Part shown: one piece after another, positions 16,795 to 25,087 of the stretch | Position numbering within the stretch: position 1 is the stretch's first letter | Layout: every line of letters begins with the position of its first letter | DNA from: an uncultured bacterium | GTDB lineage: Bacteria; B130-G9 | Direction of reading: 5' to 3' | Assembly (NCBI GenBank): GCA_965372715.1 | Contig: CBDVDH010000045.1 | Span: 1-32,704 of the forward strand | Length of the DNA stretch: 32,704 bases | Made by a program: the position numbers and the translations under genes | Notes under the pieces: model-generated | Seen by the model: the letters and a program-made list of their open reading frames with translations, nothing else | The model's database searches: none | What the model was told of the DNA's origin: nothing

Positions 16795-18131
16795 GCGACC
16801 ACCAGTTTTGCCTCGAGGTCATACGCGCCGGCCGACGTTACTTGCGCCTTGATGAGATCGCCGGGCGAGGCGCCGCCCTTGACGCGGATCACGCCGTCAA
16901 CGTCCGGCGCCTGTCCGCGCGTTCGGCCAATGAGCAGAAGGCCTCTTCCCTTCCCGTATGCCGCATGGTCTATGATAATATCTAGTTCTTTCCCCACTAG
17001 TTTGCGGTTCTGCTCCAGAGAGATGCCGGCCTGAAGCCGCATGACCGCGTCCAGTCTGTCCTGCTTGGTTTCGTCAGGTGTCTGGCCGTTTAACGCGGCG
17101 GCTGGCGTGCCCGACTCACGACAGTATGCAAACGCGCCGAGCCTGTCGAACCGGACCGTTTTGATGAACTCCATTAGTCGGTCGAATTCGGCCTCGGTCT
17201 CGCCGGGGAAGCCGACCATGACGGTTGTCCGTAACGTTATTTCAGGAGCGGCGGCCCTGATTCTCGATATGAGATCAAGGAGCCCCGGTTTCGTAATCCT
17301 GCGGTTCATTGCCGCGAGAATTCTGTCCTCGGAATGCTGAACCGGGATGTCGAGATAGCTGCACACCTTCTCATTTGCCGCGAGCGCCTCGACCAGCTCA
17401 TTATCGATGCTTGCGGGATGGGTATAAAGCAGCCTGACCCACTCAATTCCGTCAATCTCGCATAGGTCTCCAAGCAGCTTGTGAAGTCGCGGTCTGGAGG
17501 GCAAGTCCCGTCCCCAGGCGGCCACATCCTGGGCGATGAGGTTGAGCTCCTTGACGCCCATTTCGGCCAGCTGCCTTGCCTCGGTGACGATGGATTCAGC
17601 GGGGCGCGAGACAAGGGGGCCGCGGATGCGTGGTATTAGGCAATAGGAGCAGCAATTGTCGCACCCGTCGGCGATCTTCAGGTAGGCCGTGTGGCGAGGC
17701 GTGGCCAGGAGGCGAGGCGCGGGGTCTTGCACAGAACAGCAACGCACCTGCCTAGCGCCGGCCCCGATGCTGTCGTCAATTATGTCTGCGATTCGCGACA
17801 TCTCGTTGAGTAGGACGAATGCGTCCACACCTTCAAACTTCGCCGATAGCTCTCGCCCCAGCAATTGAGGCAGGCAGCCTACGACAAACAGCTTATCGAT
17901 TTCTCCGTCTCTCCTCTTCTCCTCCCATTCCCGTATCACGCCAAACGACTCGCGCCTCGCCGGCTCGATGAAAGAACACGTGTTTATGACAACGACGTTT
18001 GCGAGGCTTAGGTCAAAGCTGATGGTGAAACCTCGCTCGGCGAGCGCCGCCATCATCATCTCAGTGTCAACAAGAGCCTTCGCACAGCCGAGACTGACGA
18101 ACGATACGATCGGTTTCCCGTTGTTTTTCAC
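16791..18131 (-). CDS. rimO: Ribosomal protein S12 methylthiotransferase RimO
   Basis: SLGCAKALVDTE, INTCSFIEPARRES, AYLKIADGCDNCCSYCLIP (radical SAM CxxxCxxC), LIAQD, WVRLLYTHP, YLDIPVQH, LRTTVMVGFPGET, APDVDG (TRAM). Start set at GTG 18131 because the longer ORF start lies inside a REP. Confidence 0.93.
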   Translation of the reverse strand: MKNNGKPIVSFVSLGCAKALVDTEMMMAALAERGFTISFDLSLANVVVINTCSFIEPARRESFGVIREWEEKRRDGEIDKLFVVGCLPQLLGRELSAKFEGVDAFVLLNEMSRIADIIDDSIGAGARQVRCCSVQDPAPRLLATPRHTAYLKIADGCDNCCSYCLIPRIRGPLVSRPAESIVTEARQLAEMGVKELNLIAQDVAAWGRDLPSRPRLHKLLGDLCEIDGIEWVRLLYTHPASIDNELVEALAANEKVCSYLDIPVQHSEDRILAAMNRRITKPGLLDLISRIRAAAPEITLRTTVMVGFPGETEAEFDRLMEFIKTVRFDRLGAFAYCRESGTPAAALNGQTPDETKQDRLDAVMRLQAGISLEQNRKLVGKELDIIIDHAAYGKGRGLLLIGRTRGQAPDVDGVIRVKGGASPGDLIKAQVTSAGAYDLEAKLVVA

Positions 18132-18159
18132 GTATGGTCCATACTGTCGAAATCGCCCT

Positions 18160-18230
18160 GTAGGGGCAGGCCACCGCGCCTGCCCTATCCTATTGATCGT
18201 AAAGGGCAACCGCGGGGGGATTGCCCCTAC
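18160..18230. repeat. Inverted pair of GTAG-type REP hairpins
   Basis: GTAGGGGCAGGCCACCGCGCCTGCCC (18160-18185) and minus-strand GTAGGGGCAATCCCCCCGCGGTTGCCC (18230-18204). Confidence 0.8.
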
Positions 18231-19273
18231 ACAACCAGCAAACCTAGTATTCCAGCGCAGACCCTCTCCAGGCCCTTGCCATCGACGGTTTCGGACGCGC
18301 GCCTCGAAAGCCTGGCCCGAACGTCGCGAGATGACTGCCAGCTTGCCAGGATTGAGGCGATGTCTTCAGCTGACGTTTCCGAGAACAGGCCCGCATTAAC
18401 TACGGCGCGGTAGGATGCGAGACGTCTCGCGTTGCTAAGCTGAGGCTCGTTTTGCGAAACGACGATTGTCGGCAAACCCACAGCCGCCGCCTCGAACATC
18501 GTTATCCCACCTGAGACAATACAGGCATCGGCGCGTGCGAAGAGCTCCGCAAGCTCCCCGCGGCCGGCGTTACGGTGGATAACAGTTCTTGTCTTATCGA
18601 TGTCAGGCTCGAGGCGGCGCCAATTGTCTTCCGAAAACGCCGGCCCCAGCACAATGTCGATCGCGAGGTCTTCCAGCCTCACCGCGGCCTGATATGCGAT
18701 GAGCGTCACGAGATTGGGGTCGCTACCGCCCATCGAGATAACTAGGCGCTCAAGTCTATCCCGATCGCTGAACCGTTCTCTCGCCGTGGCGAAGTCTGGG
18801 GCTATGGCTGCGAATTGAGGTCCGAATAGAGCAACGGTGATCGAACCCTGGTATCTGGCGATGTCTGCTCTATCTCGGTTGGCGTCGATGATCGTATCCA
18901 CACAGTTTGGTGGCATCTCGGCTGCGCCAAACGCCACGAATGCGGGGCGACGCTGCTTTCTCTTGAACCGCTCGAGGAGGTCACAGAGACCAGCGGGATA
19001 GCGAGGCCTGTCCATTATCAGAAGACTGGTCCGGTTGCGCTGAATCAGATCGATGAGCAATTGAAAGCCCGATTCATGGCTCAAGCCTTGATGCATTTCT
19101 TGTATCGAATCAAACGCGTCCCTGACAGGAGAAATCGCGTCATCAGGAGCAGGAGTCAGGAGTATTGAGCTGGCGCCGCGGCTTTCCTTCAGCGCATGCG
19201 CGAGCATTGCCGCGCGAAAGAGGTGTCCCAGACCAATCTCTGCGCTGCCCTCAGCCCAGAAAAGACAGTTCAT
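18227..19273 (-). CDS. PseG/SpsG-like GT-B fold nucleotide-sugar hydrolase/glycosyltransferase
   Basis: AEGSAEIGLGHLFRA, LFGPQFA, ISMGGSDP, ADACIVSGGITMFEAAAVGLP, VSQNEPQ, VDGKGLERV. Confidence 0.82.
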   Translation of the reverse strand: MNCLFWAEGSAEIGLGHLFRAAMLAHALKESRGASSILLTPAPDDAISPVRDAFDSIQEMHQGLSHESGFQLLIDLIQRNRTSLLIMDRPRYPAGLCDLLERFKRKQRRPAFVAFGAAEMPPNCVDTIIDANRDRADIARYQGSITVALFGPQFAAIAPDFATARERFSDRDRLERLVISMGGSDPNLVTLIAYQAAVRLEDLAIDIVLGPAFSEDNWRRLEPDIDKTRTVIHRNAGRGELAELFARADACIVSGGITMFEAAAVGLPTIVVSQNEPQLSNARRLASYRAVVNAGLFSETSAEDIASILASWQSSRDVRARLSRRASETVDGKGLERVCAGILGLLVV

Positions 19274-19300
19274 GATAAGAGAAGATTATCGTATTTGAGC

Positions 19301-19344
19301 AAGAAAAGAAAAGAGGCGCCCACCCGTCTGGGTAGGCGCCTCTT
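19301..19344 (-). terminator. Rho-independent terminator of the FG-GAP gene
   Basis: Stem AAGAGGCGCC(C)ACCC-GTCT-GGGT(A)GGCGCCTCTT. The A-rich run on the left gives a U-tract on the minus strand, ~60 nt after the stop at 19408. Confidence 0.8.
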
Positions 19345-19407
19345 GATTGTCGTTTTCAGCGGCCCTCAGATCAAGCTCACACCGCTAATGGTAGTAGTGT
19401 ATTCAGC

Positions 19408-21471
19408 TCATAACATCCCCAAGGTGAAGACAGCCAACTCCAGATCGAGGAAGGTGAACTCGCCAGGCGGTGTCAGCGCGCCTGCAAACAGGTACTCACC
19501 ACCTGAATTAATCGGGGGCAAGTCGCATGGCAGTGTGAACGTGAAGAACGTCCCTGGCATCATAGAGAAGTCAGGTGGGAATCCGAAATTGGAAATCCAG
19601 GGCCTAATACCCGGCAGCCAGCTGGGCGCGCAGTGGATTGAACCATCCGACTTGACAATGGCGATATAGATATCGACCAAAATGCCCGCGCCGGTGTTGT
19701 AACCACCGATTTTCAGATCAATCGTCTCCCCGGGAAGGTAGTTCGCCTTGTCGGTCTCAACCCATATCTTGAGCGGCGGAGGCGCAACGCCACTGCCCTC
19801 GAAGATGCTGTACTTCGCGGCGATCAGCTCCTCGTCCTCAAACTGAAACTCACTAACACCGAAGTCGATGTTGCCGTTGCCGTTGAAGTCCGTTGCGGGA
19901 TAGGTGATTCCGGCATAGGTTGTCTCTTCGTCGGCCCAGCCGACTCTGACGGCGGTCCCACGGCCATACTGCTTCTCCCACTCAAGCTCGCCCGTTGCGC
20001 CGTCGTATATCTCGAGCTTATACTGGGAGTCATCGAGTCCGACCGATTCGTAGATCTGGAGAACGAACTCGCCTACTCCATCGCCATCGAGGTCAACACC
20101 GTCGCCCTGAACTGGGGCCGTGTAGCCAACAGGCTGCACGTTGCTGTGCTCCACACGGAACTTCTCTTGGTAGTTGTTGGTGGGATCATAGACGACGAGC
20201 CTGTTGGTGTAGCTGCCGCTGGTGCCAATCCAGTGGAAGTAGTAGAGGCACAGCTCGCGAATGCCGTCGCCGTCCAGGTCATAGACCTGAACCGACATAA
20301 GCTCCTCATCGGGGTCCTGGACAAACCGATCGACAAATACTCCACCTTCATACTCTACGATGTAGCAGCTGCGCTCGGCCGGTTGCATCTCCCCGTCCGC
20401 TCTCTCTTCCCAGAGTATCGCGTAATACAGCAGCTCGGGATTCCCGTCCATGTCGAGGTCGTGCCCACCAAAGCCGTCTTCCCAGAAGACGGCGCCGTAT
20501 GTCATGGAATCGTCGAGCAACTGCTCGCCAAAGCCAAAGAGCTCCTGCTCAGAATCGCCGTTGATCAGCTTCAGATTGTAAGAACTTCTCAAGCTGTCAA
20601 ACGTCCTTATCAGCAGCTCGGGTGAGCCGTCGCCATCGATATCACAGGCCTGGTCCGGAAGGATAAACAGCTCATCACGGTACCATATCCGCTCCCTGAC
20701 CACGCGGTCGGTGCCAGGGTCATAGTCGTAAAGCTTCAGGTCGTTCTCGGTCTGAGATTGGTCCTCGATCTCGCACAGCATGATTTCGTAGTCGCCATCG
20801 AAATCATAATCTAGGTTAACCAGGACGCGGCTTTGATACTCGCCCTGGGACTGCCAGAGGCGCTCGTAGGTGTTCGCCGCCGTGGACCTAAAGAGGTATG
20901 TGTCAAAGGAGGCGAACCAGTCTCCCAAGAGGAGAAGATCAGGTATCAAATCGTTGTCGAACCTATACGAAGGCCCGGTCATCCCGATTATCGAGATACC
21001 TTGATCGGTCTCATAGTCCCACTCGGGGACCTGGGAACCTACGTCATAGACCTCCACGAGCGACCTAATGATCTCGCTAGTAAGGTCAGTGTCCTCGTTG
21101 TCCCGACCAGTAAAGACTATCTCGATTTTGCCGTCGCCATCCATGTCGGCGTGAGTCAGATACAACGGGGCAACGCTAGCGTCCTCAATCGTCCAGAACG
21201 GGGTGAAATCCGCTCCGTAGAAATCAGCGTGAGTCGTTGTCCAATCGGTGTAATAGGTGTCGCTGGTTTTGATAATACAGAAATTGGCGTTGCCATCCCC
21301 ATTGATGTCCCTGAGGAACATCATGAACATGTTCTCCCATTCTGGTGTGCCGTCGCTGTCTTCGTCGGCGGCCATCCAGCCTGTTGTGAACACCTCATCG
21401 TACGCCTGGCCGAAAACCAGGCCGGTCAGAACGAACAGCGCCATGAGGCCAGTTATCAAGCATTTCCTCAT
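19408..21471 (-). CDS. Secreted FG-GAP/VCBS-repeat (Ca-binding beta-propeller) protein with C-terminal Ig-like domain
   Basis: AAGGGAGGAA RBS and signal peptide MRKCLITGLMALFVLTGLVFG. Repeated DxDGDG loops (DINGDG, DMDGDG, DFDGDY, DIDGDG, DMDGNP, DLDGDG x2, DFNGNG). Pro-rich linker before the final ~120-aa domain. Confidence 0.85.
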   Translation of the reverse strand: MRKCLITGLMALFVLTGLVFGQAYDEVFTTGWMAADEDSDGTPEWENMFMMFLRDINGDGNANFCIIKTSDTYYTDWTTTHADFYGADFTPFWTIEDASVAPLYLTHADMDGDGKIEIVFTGRDNEDTDLTSEIIRSLVEVYDVGSQVPEWDYETDQGISIIGMTGPSYRFDNDLIPDLLLLGDWFASFDTYLFRSTAANTYERLWQSQGEYQSRVLVNLDYDFDGDYEIMLCEIEDQSQTENDLKLYDYDPGTDRVVRERIWYRDELFILPDQACDIDGDGSPELLIRTFDSLRSSYNLKLINGDSEQELFGFGEQLLDDSMTYGAVFWEDGFGGHDLDMDGNPELLYYAILWEERADGEMQPAERSCYIVEYEGGVFVDRFVQDPDEELMSVQVYDLDGDGIRELCLYYFHWIGTSGSYTNRLVVYDPTNNYQEKFRVEHSNVQPVGYTAPVQGDGVDLDGDGVGEFVLQIYESVGLDDSQYKLEIYDGATGELEWEKQYGRGTAVRVGWADEETTYAGITYPATDFNGNGNIDFGVSEFQFEDEELIAAKYSIFEGSGVAPPPLKIWVETDKANYLPGETIDLKIGGYNTGAGILVDIYIAIVKSDGSIHCAPSWLPGIRPWISNFGFPPDFSMMPGTFFTFTLPCDLPPINSGGEYLFAGALTPPGEFTFLDLELAVFTLGML

Positions 21472-21598
21472 CTTGACCTTTTTCCTCCCTTCACAAGTTG
21501 TTAGTGTTGATTGTTCTTTTGTGCCCAATTGGCATTGCCGTGGTTTGCACCTTCACAAATCGGATTTATGTTAATGGTCTATTATCTCCTCGCGGGTC

Positions 21599-21626
21599 AT
21601 TCTAACCAGCCGGAACTACGAGTCAA
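21599..21626 (-). promoter_or_regulatory. Putative sigma70 promoter of the FG-GAP gene
   Basis: Minus strand TTGACT-N16-TAGAAT, ~130 nt upstream of ATG 21471. Confidence 0.45.
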
Positions 21627-22083
21627 GAGGGAAAAAGTGCGAATACTCCCACCAAAAGAACGCGGTCGAAGCGCTCGCCCAACACCGGTCCGCTGGCTCC
21701 AATACACCTGCATCGAAGACGGGGCAGGCGTGCAGCGGCTTGATCAGGGCAGCCAGGAGACGCGCAACAGTTACGGGGCGCCCGCACCGAGCAAAGCGCC
21801 TCGCACTCCGGCCCGATCACTTAGGTCTTTGCCTCATCCAACCTGCGGGATCGCATTCCTCAGCTGTTCTGCACGCACCCATGATATAGAACATGCGGAT
21901 GACTGGATTGCTGCGTGAGAATACAGATCCAGCTCGTATCCGCTCAGAGAGACGGAACTTCGAGACTCGATTTCGACAAGCGGAAGAACGTTAGGACTTG
22001 ACGTTCGGACAGGATTACAGTATGAGTCCCATCGGGAATTAGGCTGCATCCAGAACCCTTAACCAACGCTGGACTTTGCGAAG

Positions 22084-22923
22084 ATGGCATCCGTCGTAGA
22101 GAGCACGCGGAAGGCGATGGATCATAATGATCCTGCTAGCGCCGTGGGTGAGATCGAGTCTTGCGTCTTATCAGGTGCTTGCGACACTATCGTGATCTGC
22201 CGAGCCGCTCTGATCGTGTTTTCAGGCTGCGCCGACCCGAGCTTATGCCAACGGCTTTCAAAAGCCTTGTCCATGCTCGAACCACGGCCCGCTGAGGCCT
22301 ACCTGGTGAACCTTGTCATCTCGCTGTGCAACTGCGAAGAGAATGGCCGCGTTGACGTTGGCGTTTTGCGATTGAAGGAGTTTATTGCAGCGTCGTCGAG
22401 GCGCCAACCCGCCATCCTTGCGGTGTGGGAGGCAATGGGGCTTTTCAATCAGGGTAAGGGTCGTGATGCTATTGAGGTCCTGTGGAGGATTTATAATTCG
22501 TGCGGCAATCTTTGGGTTCGTGACCTCCTCATGAAGACCTATCTAAGAACCGCATACAATCACATTGCGAAGGAGCAGTATGAGGAGGCGGCGGAGGTGC
22601 TCAAGGAGTCCCTAAGAGCTGACAGCTACAACGTGCCAGCGCTGCATACGCTCGCCATCCTCGAGACTCAGAAGACGTCGTTGAGTTCGTTGGACCAAAT
22701 CGAGAAGAGCTGGCGCCGCCTCGTCGAGATCTGGACGGCTTTGGACAGAGCCTACCCAGAGCAAGTGTTCAGAGACAAACTCATCGCCAAGTATAAGTAT
22801 TTTGCCGCGCGGTTTTTGAAGGCCGGAAGCTGGGATAGGGCTAAGGTGGAGCTAGCGAATCTTATCAATATAGACTCGAGCAACGCCTTGGCTAAAGAGG
22901 TTCTGGCCGCGATTTGCGAATGA
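22084..22923 (+). CDS. TPR-like all-helical protein
   Basis: 279 aa with TPR-like segments (AYNHIAKEQYEEAAEVLKESLRADSYNVPALHTLA; AARFLKAGSWDRAKVELANLINIDSSNALA). First gene of a tight operon. Confidence 0.7.
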   Translation: MASVVESTRKAMDHNDPASAVGEIESCVLSGACDTIVICRAALIVFSGCADPSLCQRLSKALSMLEPRPAEAYLVNLVISLCNCEENGRVDVGVLRLKEFIAASSRRQPAILAVWEAMGLFNQGKGRDAIEVLWRIYNSCGNLWVRDLLMKTYLRTAYNHIAKEQYEEAAEVLKESLRADSYNVPALHTLAILETQKTSLSSLDQIEKSWRRLVEIWTALDRAYPEQVFRDKLIAKYKYFAARFLKAGSWDRAKVELANLINIDSSNALAKEVLAAICE

Positions 22924-22926
22924 GGG

Positions 22927-23307
22927 TTGAGGGTGTTCTCTTTAGACATTAACCCGTATGAGGTTCTGGGCATCAGCCCTGACGCCGACGTAATGGAGGT
23001 CCGTCGGGCGAGGCGAGAGCTTGTGCTCAAATACCCTAACGAGCTGTTCCCGGAGCGTGCTCAGGAGATAAATAAGGCATTTCAGCTGCTGACGAGCAGG
23101 GAGAAACGTCGGATGGTTGACGCTTTCCTCAGGTCAAAGGCTGGCTGTGCCCTTCGGGTTCAGAAGGCGTTTCTTTCTGATGAGGTCTATGGCGAGCTCT
23201 TCGATTACCCGGACCGGGCAGAGGTTTTCGAGCTGTTCAAGCTGGAGGGCCTCGTGCAGGTTGATCGTAATGCCCTTATCAAGTCGCTTCTTTCCATCTT
23301 GGAGTAG
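22927..23307 (+). CDS. Small J-domain (DnaJ-like) protein lacking the HPD motif
   Basis: NPYEVLGISPDADVMEVRRARRELVLKYPNELFPERAQEINKAFQLLTSREKR has the J-domain helix pattern, with YPN in place of HPD. Confidence 0.82.
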   Translation: MRVFSLDINPYEVLGISPDADVMEVRRARRELVLKYPNELFPERAQEINKAFQLLTSREKRRMVDAFLRSKAGCALRVQKAFLSDEVYGELFDYPDRAEVFELFKLEGLVQVDRNALIKSLLSILE

Positions 23308-23321
23308 GTTCTGAGGACACA

Positions 23322-25058
23322 GTGAACAAGTCTGAGCTGAAGTCGGCGTGTGATATTCTGGGAAGAGCCGAGTTCTGGGACTTTCGTCGTGCGGCGCCTT
23401 CGGCATCGGTTTCGGTCTCGACTCATGGTCCCGCCTGGGAGAGCGCGAACACGATCGCCGACACCTGCTTACGCCTCGTGTTTCTCGATGCGGACAAGTT
23501 CTCACGCGCGATACAATACAGGGACAGGATGAAGGGTCTGTCCGCAAAGGTCAGCGAGCTGAACGAGACACGAAAGCGACTGTCGGGATGGGCCGGCGAG
23601 CTGTCTGAGATTCGTCAGGCCTTCTCATCGATTGCTGAGCAAGGCTGGGTTGAGACGGGGCAAGAAGAGACGACAGAGCCGGGCGCCACCAGTTGGATGG
23701 CGCTATCCCTGAGAGCCTCGCCGCAGTTTGGACTCATGCTCGAGTCAGCTATCAAGCTCGACGATCCGCTGTTTTCTCTTTCCCTATCTTCGTTTTGGGC
23801 TTACGGGCGCCGAAGACTGGCGAGGAGAATGGCGAGGGACGGGGACATCGATGTAGGTCAGGTCCGCCACTGGGCTGGCCTATTGAAGGATTTGGCGCAT
23901 ACATTTGCGCTCGATGAGGCGTCGCCAGGGGAGAAAGAGCCTTCAGAAAGAGAGTTCATCGCGGCGGCGGCCGACGATCTAGAGATAATCAACCAGAAGC
24001 TAGCTGAGCAAACCAATATCGACAAAAGGGCGCTTTCTGATCTGTCATCGGAGCTAGACAGCGCCAAGCAACGGTTGAGAAGTGAGTTGGTCAGGCTACT
24101 TCTCGTCAAGAACCTCTCGCCGGACGCGGTGAGCGGCGCGGCGTCATCTCCGTGGGGCACGGAGGTTCGGGTGCTGCGGGAGGCGTTATGGTCTCCGCTT
24201 GGCCAGGTCGAGAGGGTCTCGGACTCAGACAGCGTCGCCGGATTACCGCCCGAAAAAATCACGGCGGTCCTATCGGAGAATGACCTGTCTCCCAGCTCCG
24301 ACGGATTGAGCTATATTGGCGGAAGGCTGGCCGGTGGGAATCTCGACCGGCAAGAGCTGTTCGCCCTGCACAAGAGCGAATTCATCGACTACCTGCGCAG
24401 AACGGTTTTTGAACTTGGTCCAGGCGCCGCTGATATAGCCTTGGGGGCGTTGCCAGGACCTCTGGGAGAGGCTCCGGACGCGCGGGCCGGCCTGGACATA
24501 GCTCGTCGGACAGCAATGGAGATCGTCAAGCTTCGGTCTTTCGTCAAGGCGTCGCTCGATCTGGAGATCGAGGAGGTGTCAAGGATCGTGGAGAGCTTGA
24601 AGCTCTCGATGGGCGAGGGGCTCAGGCGTTCTGATGCGGGGTCCGACGACCTCAAGGAACTGCGAGGCGCCATCTCGTCGTTGAAGCGGGACCTTGCGAG
24701 ACTTGGGAAGTCGGTTGAGGATGAGATGTCGTCCGGTCTTGAAGCGGACATAATAGAGGATTTTCTATTTGTGATTGACGACCTTTCCCGTATTATCAGC
24801 CGTGCCGATGGAGACGGCGCCGGAGGGATTCTCACGGCGCTCAAGATGGTTCTTTCGAGGTTGGATGGGGCGCTTGCTAGGCATAAGATTCGCCGTATGG
24901 AGGTGGTTGGCGAACAATTCAGCCCATCTTTGCACGATTGTGTGGGAACAAAGAAGGTTGTGGACGTCAAAGATGGCGCCATCTTGGAAGAAGTTTCCAT
25001 CGGTTACACAATTGAGGATAGGGTCTTACGGCCGGCGAAGGTCATCGTCTGTGGATAG
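23322..25058 (+). CDS. GrpE-domain protein with long N-terminal extension
   Basis: The C-terminus IIEDFLFVIDDLSR...LARHKIRRMEVVGEQFSPSLHDCV...ILEEVSIGYTIEDRVLRPAKVIV is GrpE-like. The preceding ~400 aa are helical and unrecognised. Confidence 0.82.
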   Translation: MNKSELKSACDILGRAEFWDFRRAAPSASVSVSTHGPAWESANTIADTCLRLVFLDADKFSRAIQYRDRMKGLSAKVSELNETRKRLSGWAGELSEIRQAFSSIAEQGWVETGQEETTEPGATSWMALSLRASPQFGLMLESAIKLDDPLFSLSLSSFWAYGRRRLARRMARDGDIDVGQVRHWAGLLKDLAHTFALDEASPGEKEPSEREFIAAAADDLEIINQKLAEQTNIDKRALSDLSSELDSAKQRLRSELVRLLLVKNLSPDAVSGAASSPWGTEVRVLREALWSPLGQVERVSDSDSVAGLPPEKITAVLSENDLSPSSDGLSYIGGRLAGGNLDRQELFALHKSEFIDYLRRTVFELGPGAADIALGALPGPLGEAPDARAGLDIARRTAMEIVKLRSFVKASLDLEIEEVSRIVESLKLSMGEGLRRSDAGSDDLKELRGAISSLKRDLARLGKSVEDEMSSGLEADIIEDFLFVIDDLSRIISRADGDGAGGILTALKMVLSRLDGALARHKIRRMEVVGEQFSPSLHDCVGTKKVVDVKDGAILEEVSIGYTIEDRVLRPAKVIVCG

Positions 25059-25087
25059 TCAAAGAACGAACTAAACGGGAGTTCCTA

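Noticed and set aside
18132-18209. 26-aa N-terminal extension of RimO in the ORF track
   Set aside because: Translates through a REP element; RimO homology begins at about GTG 18131.
20833-21504. 223-aa plus-strand ORF
   Set aside because: Antisense shadow of the FG-GAP gene, which has an RBS, signal peptide and repeats.
21529-21549. TGGCA...TTGCA as a sigma54 promoter
   Set aside because: GG-to-GC spacing is 14 nt rather than the required 10.
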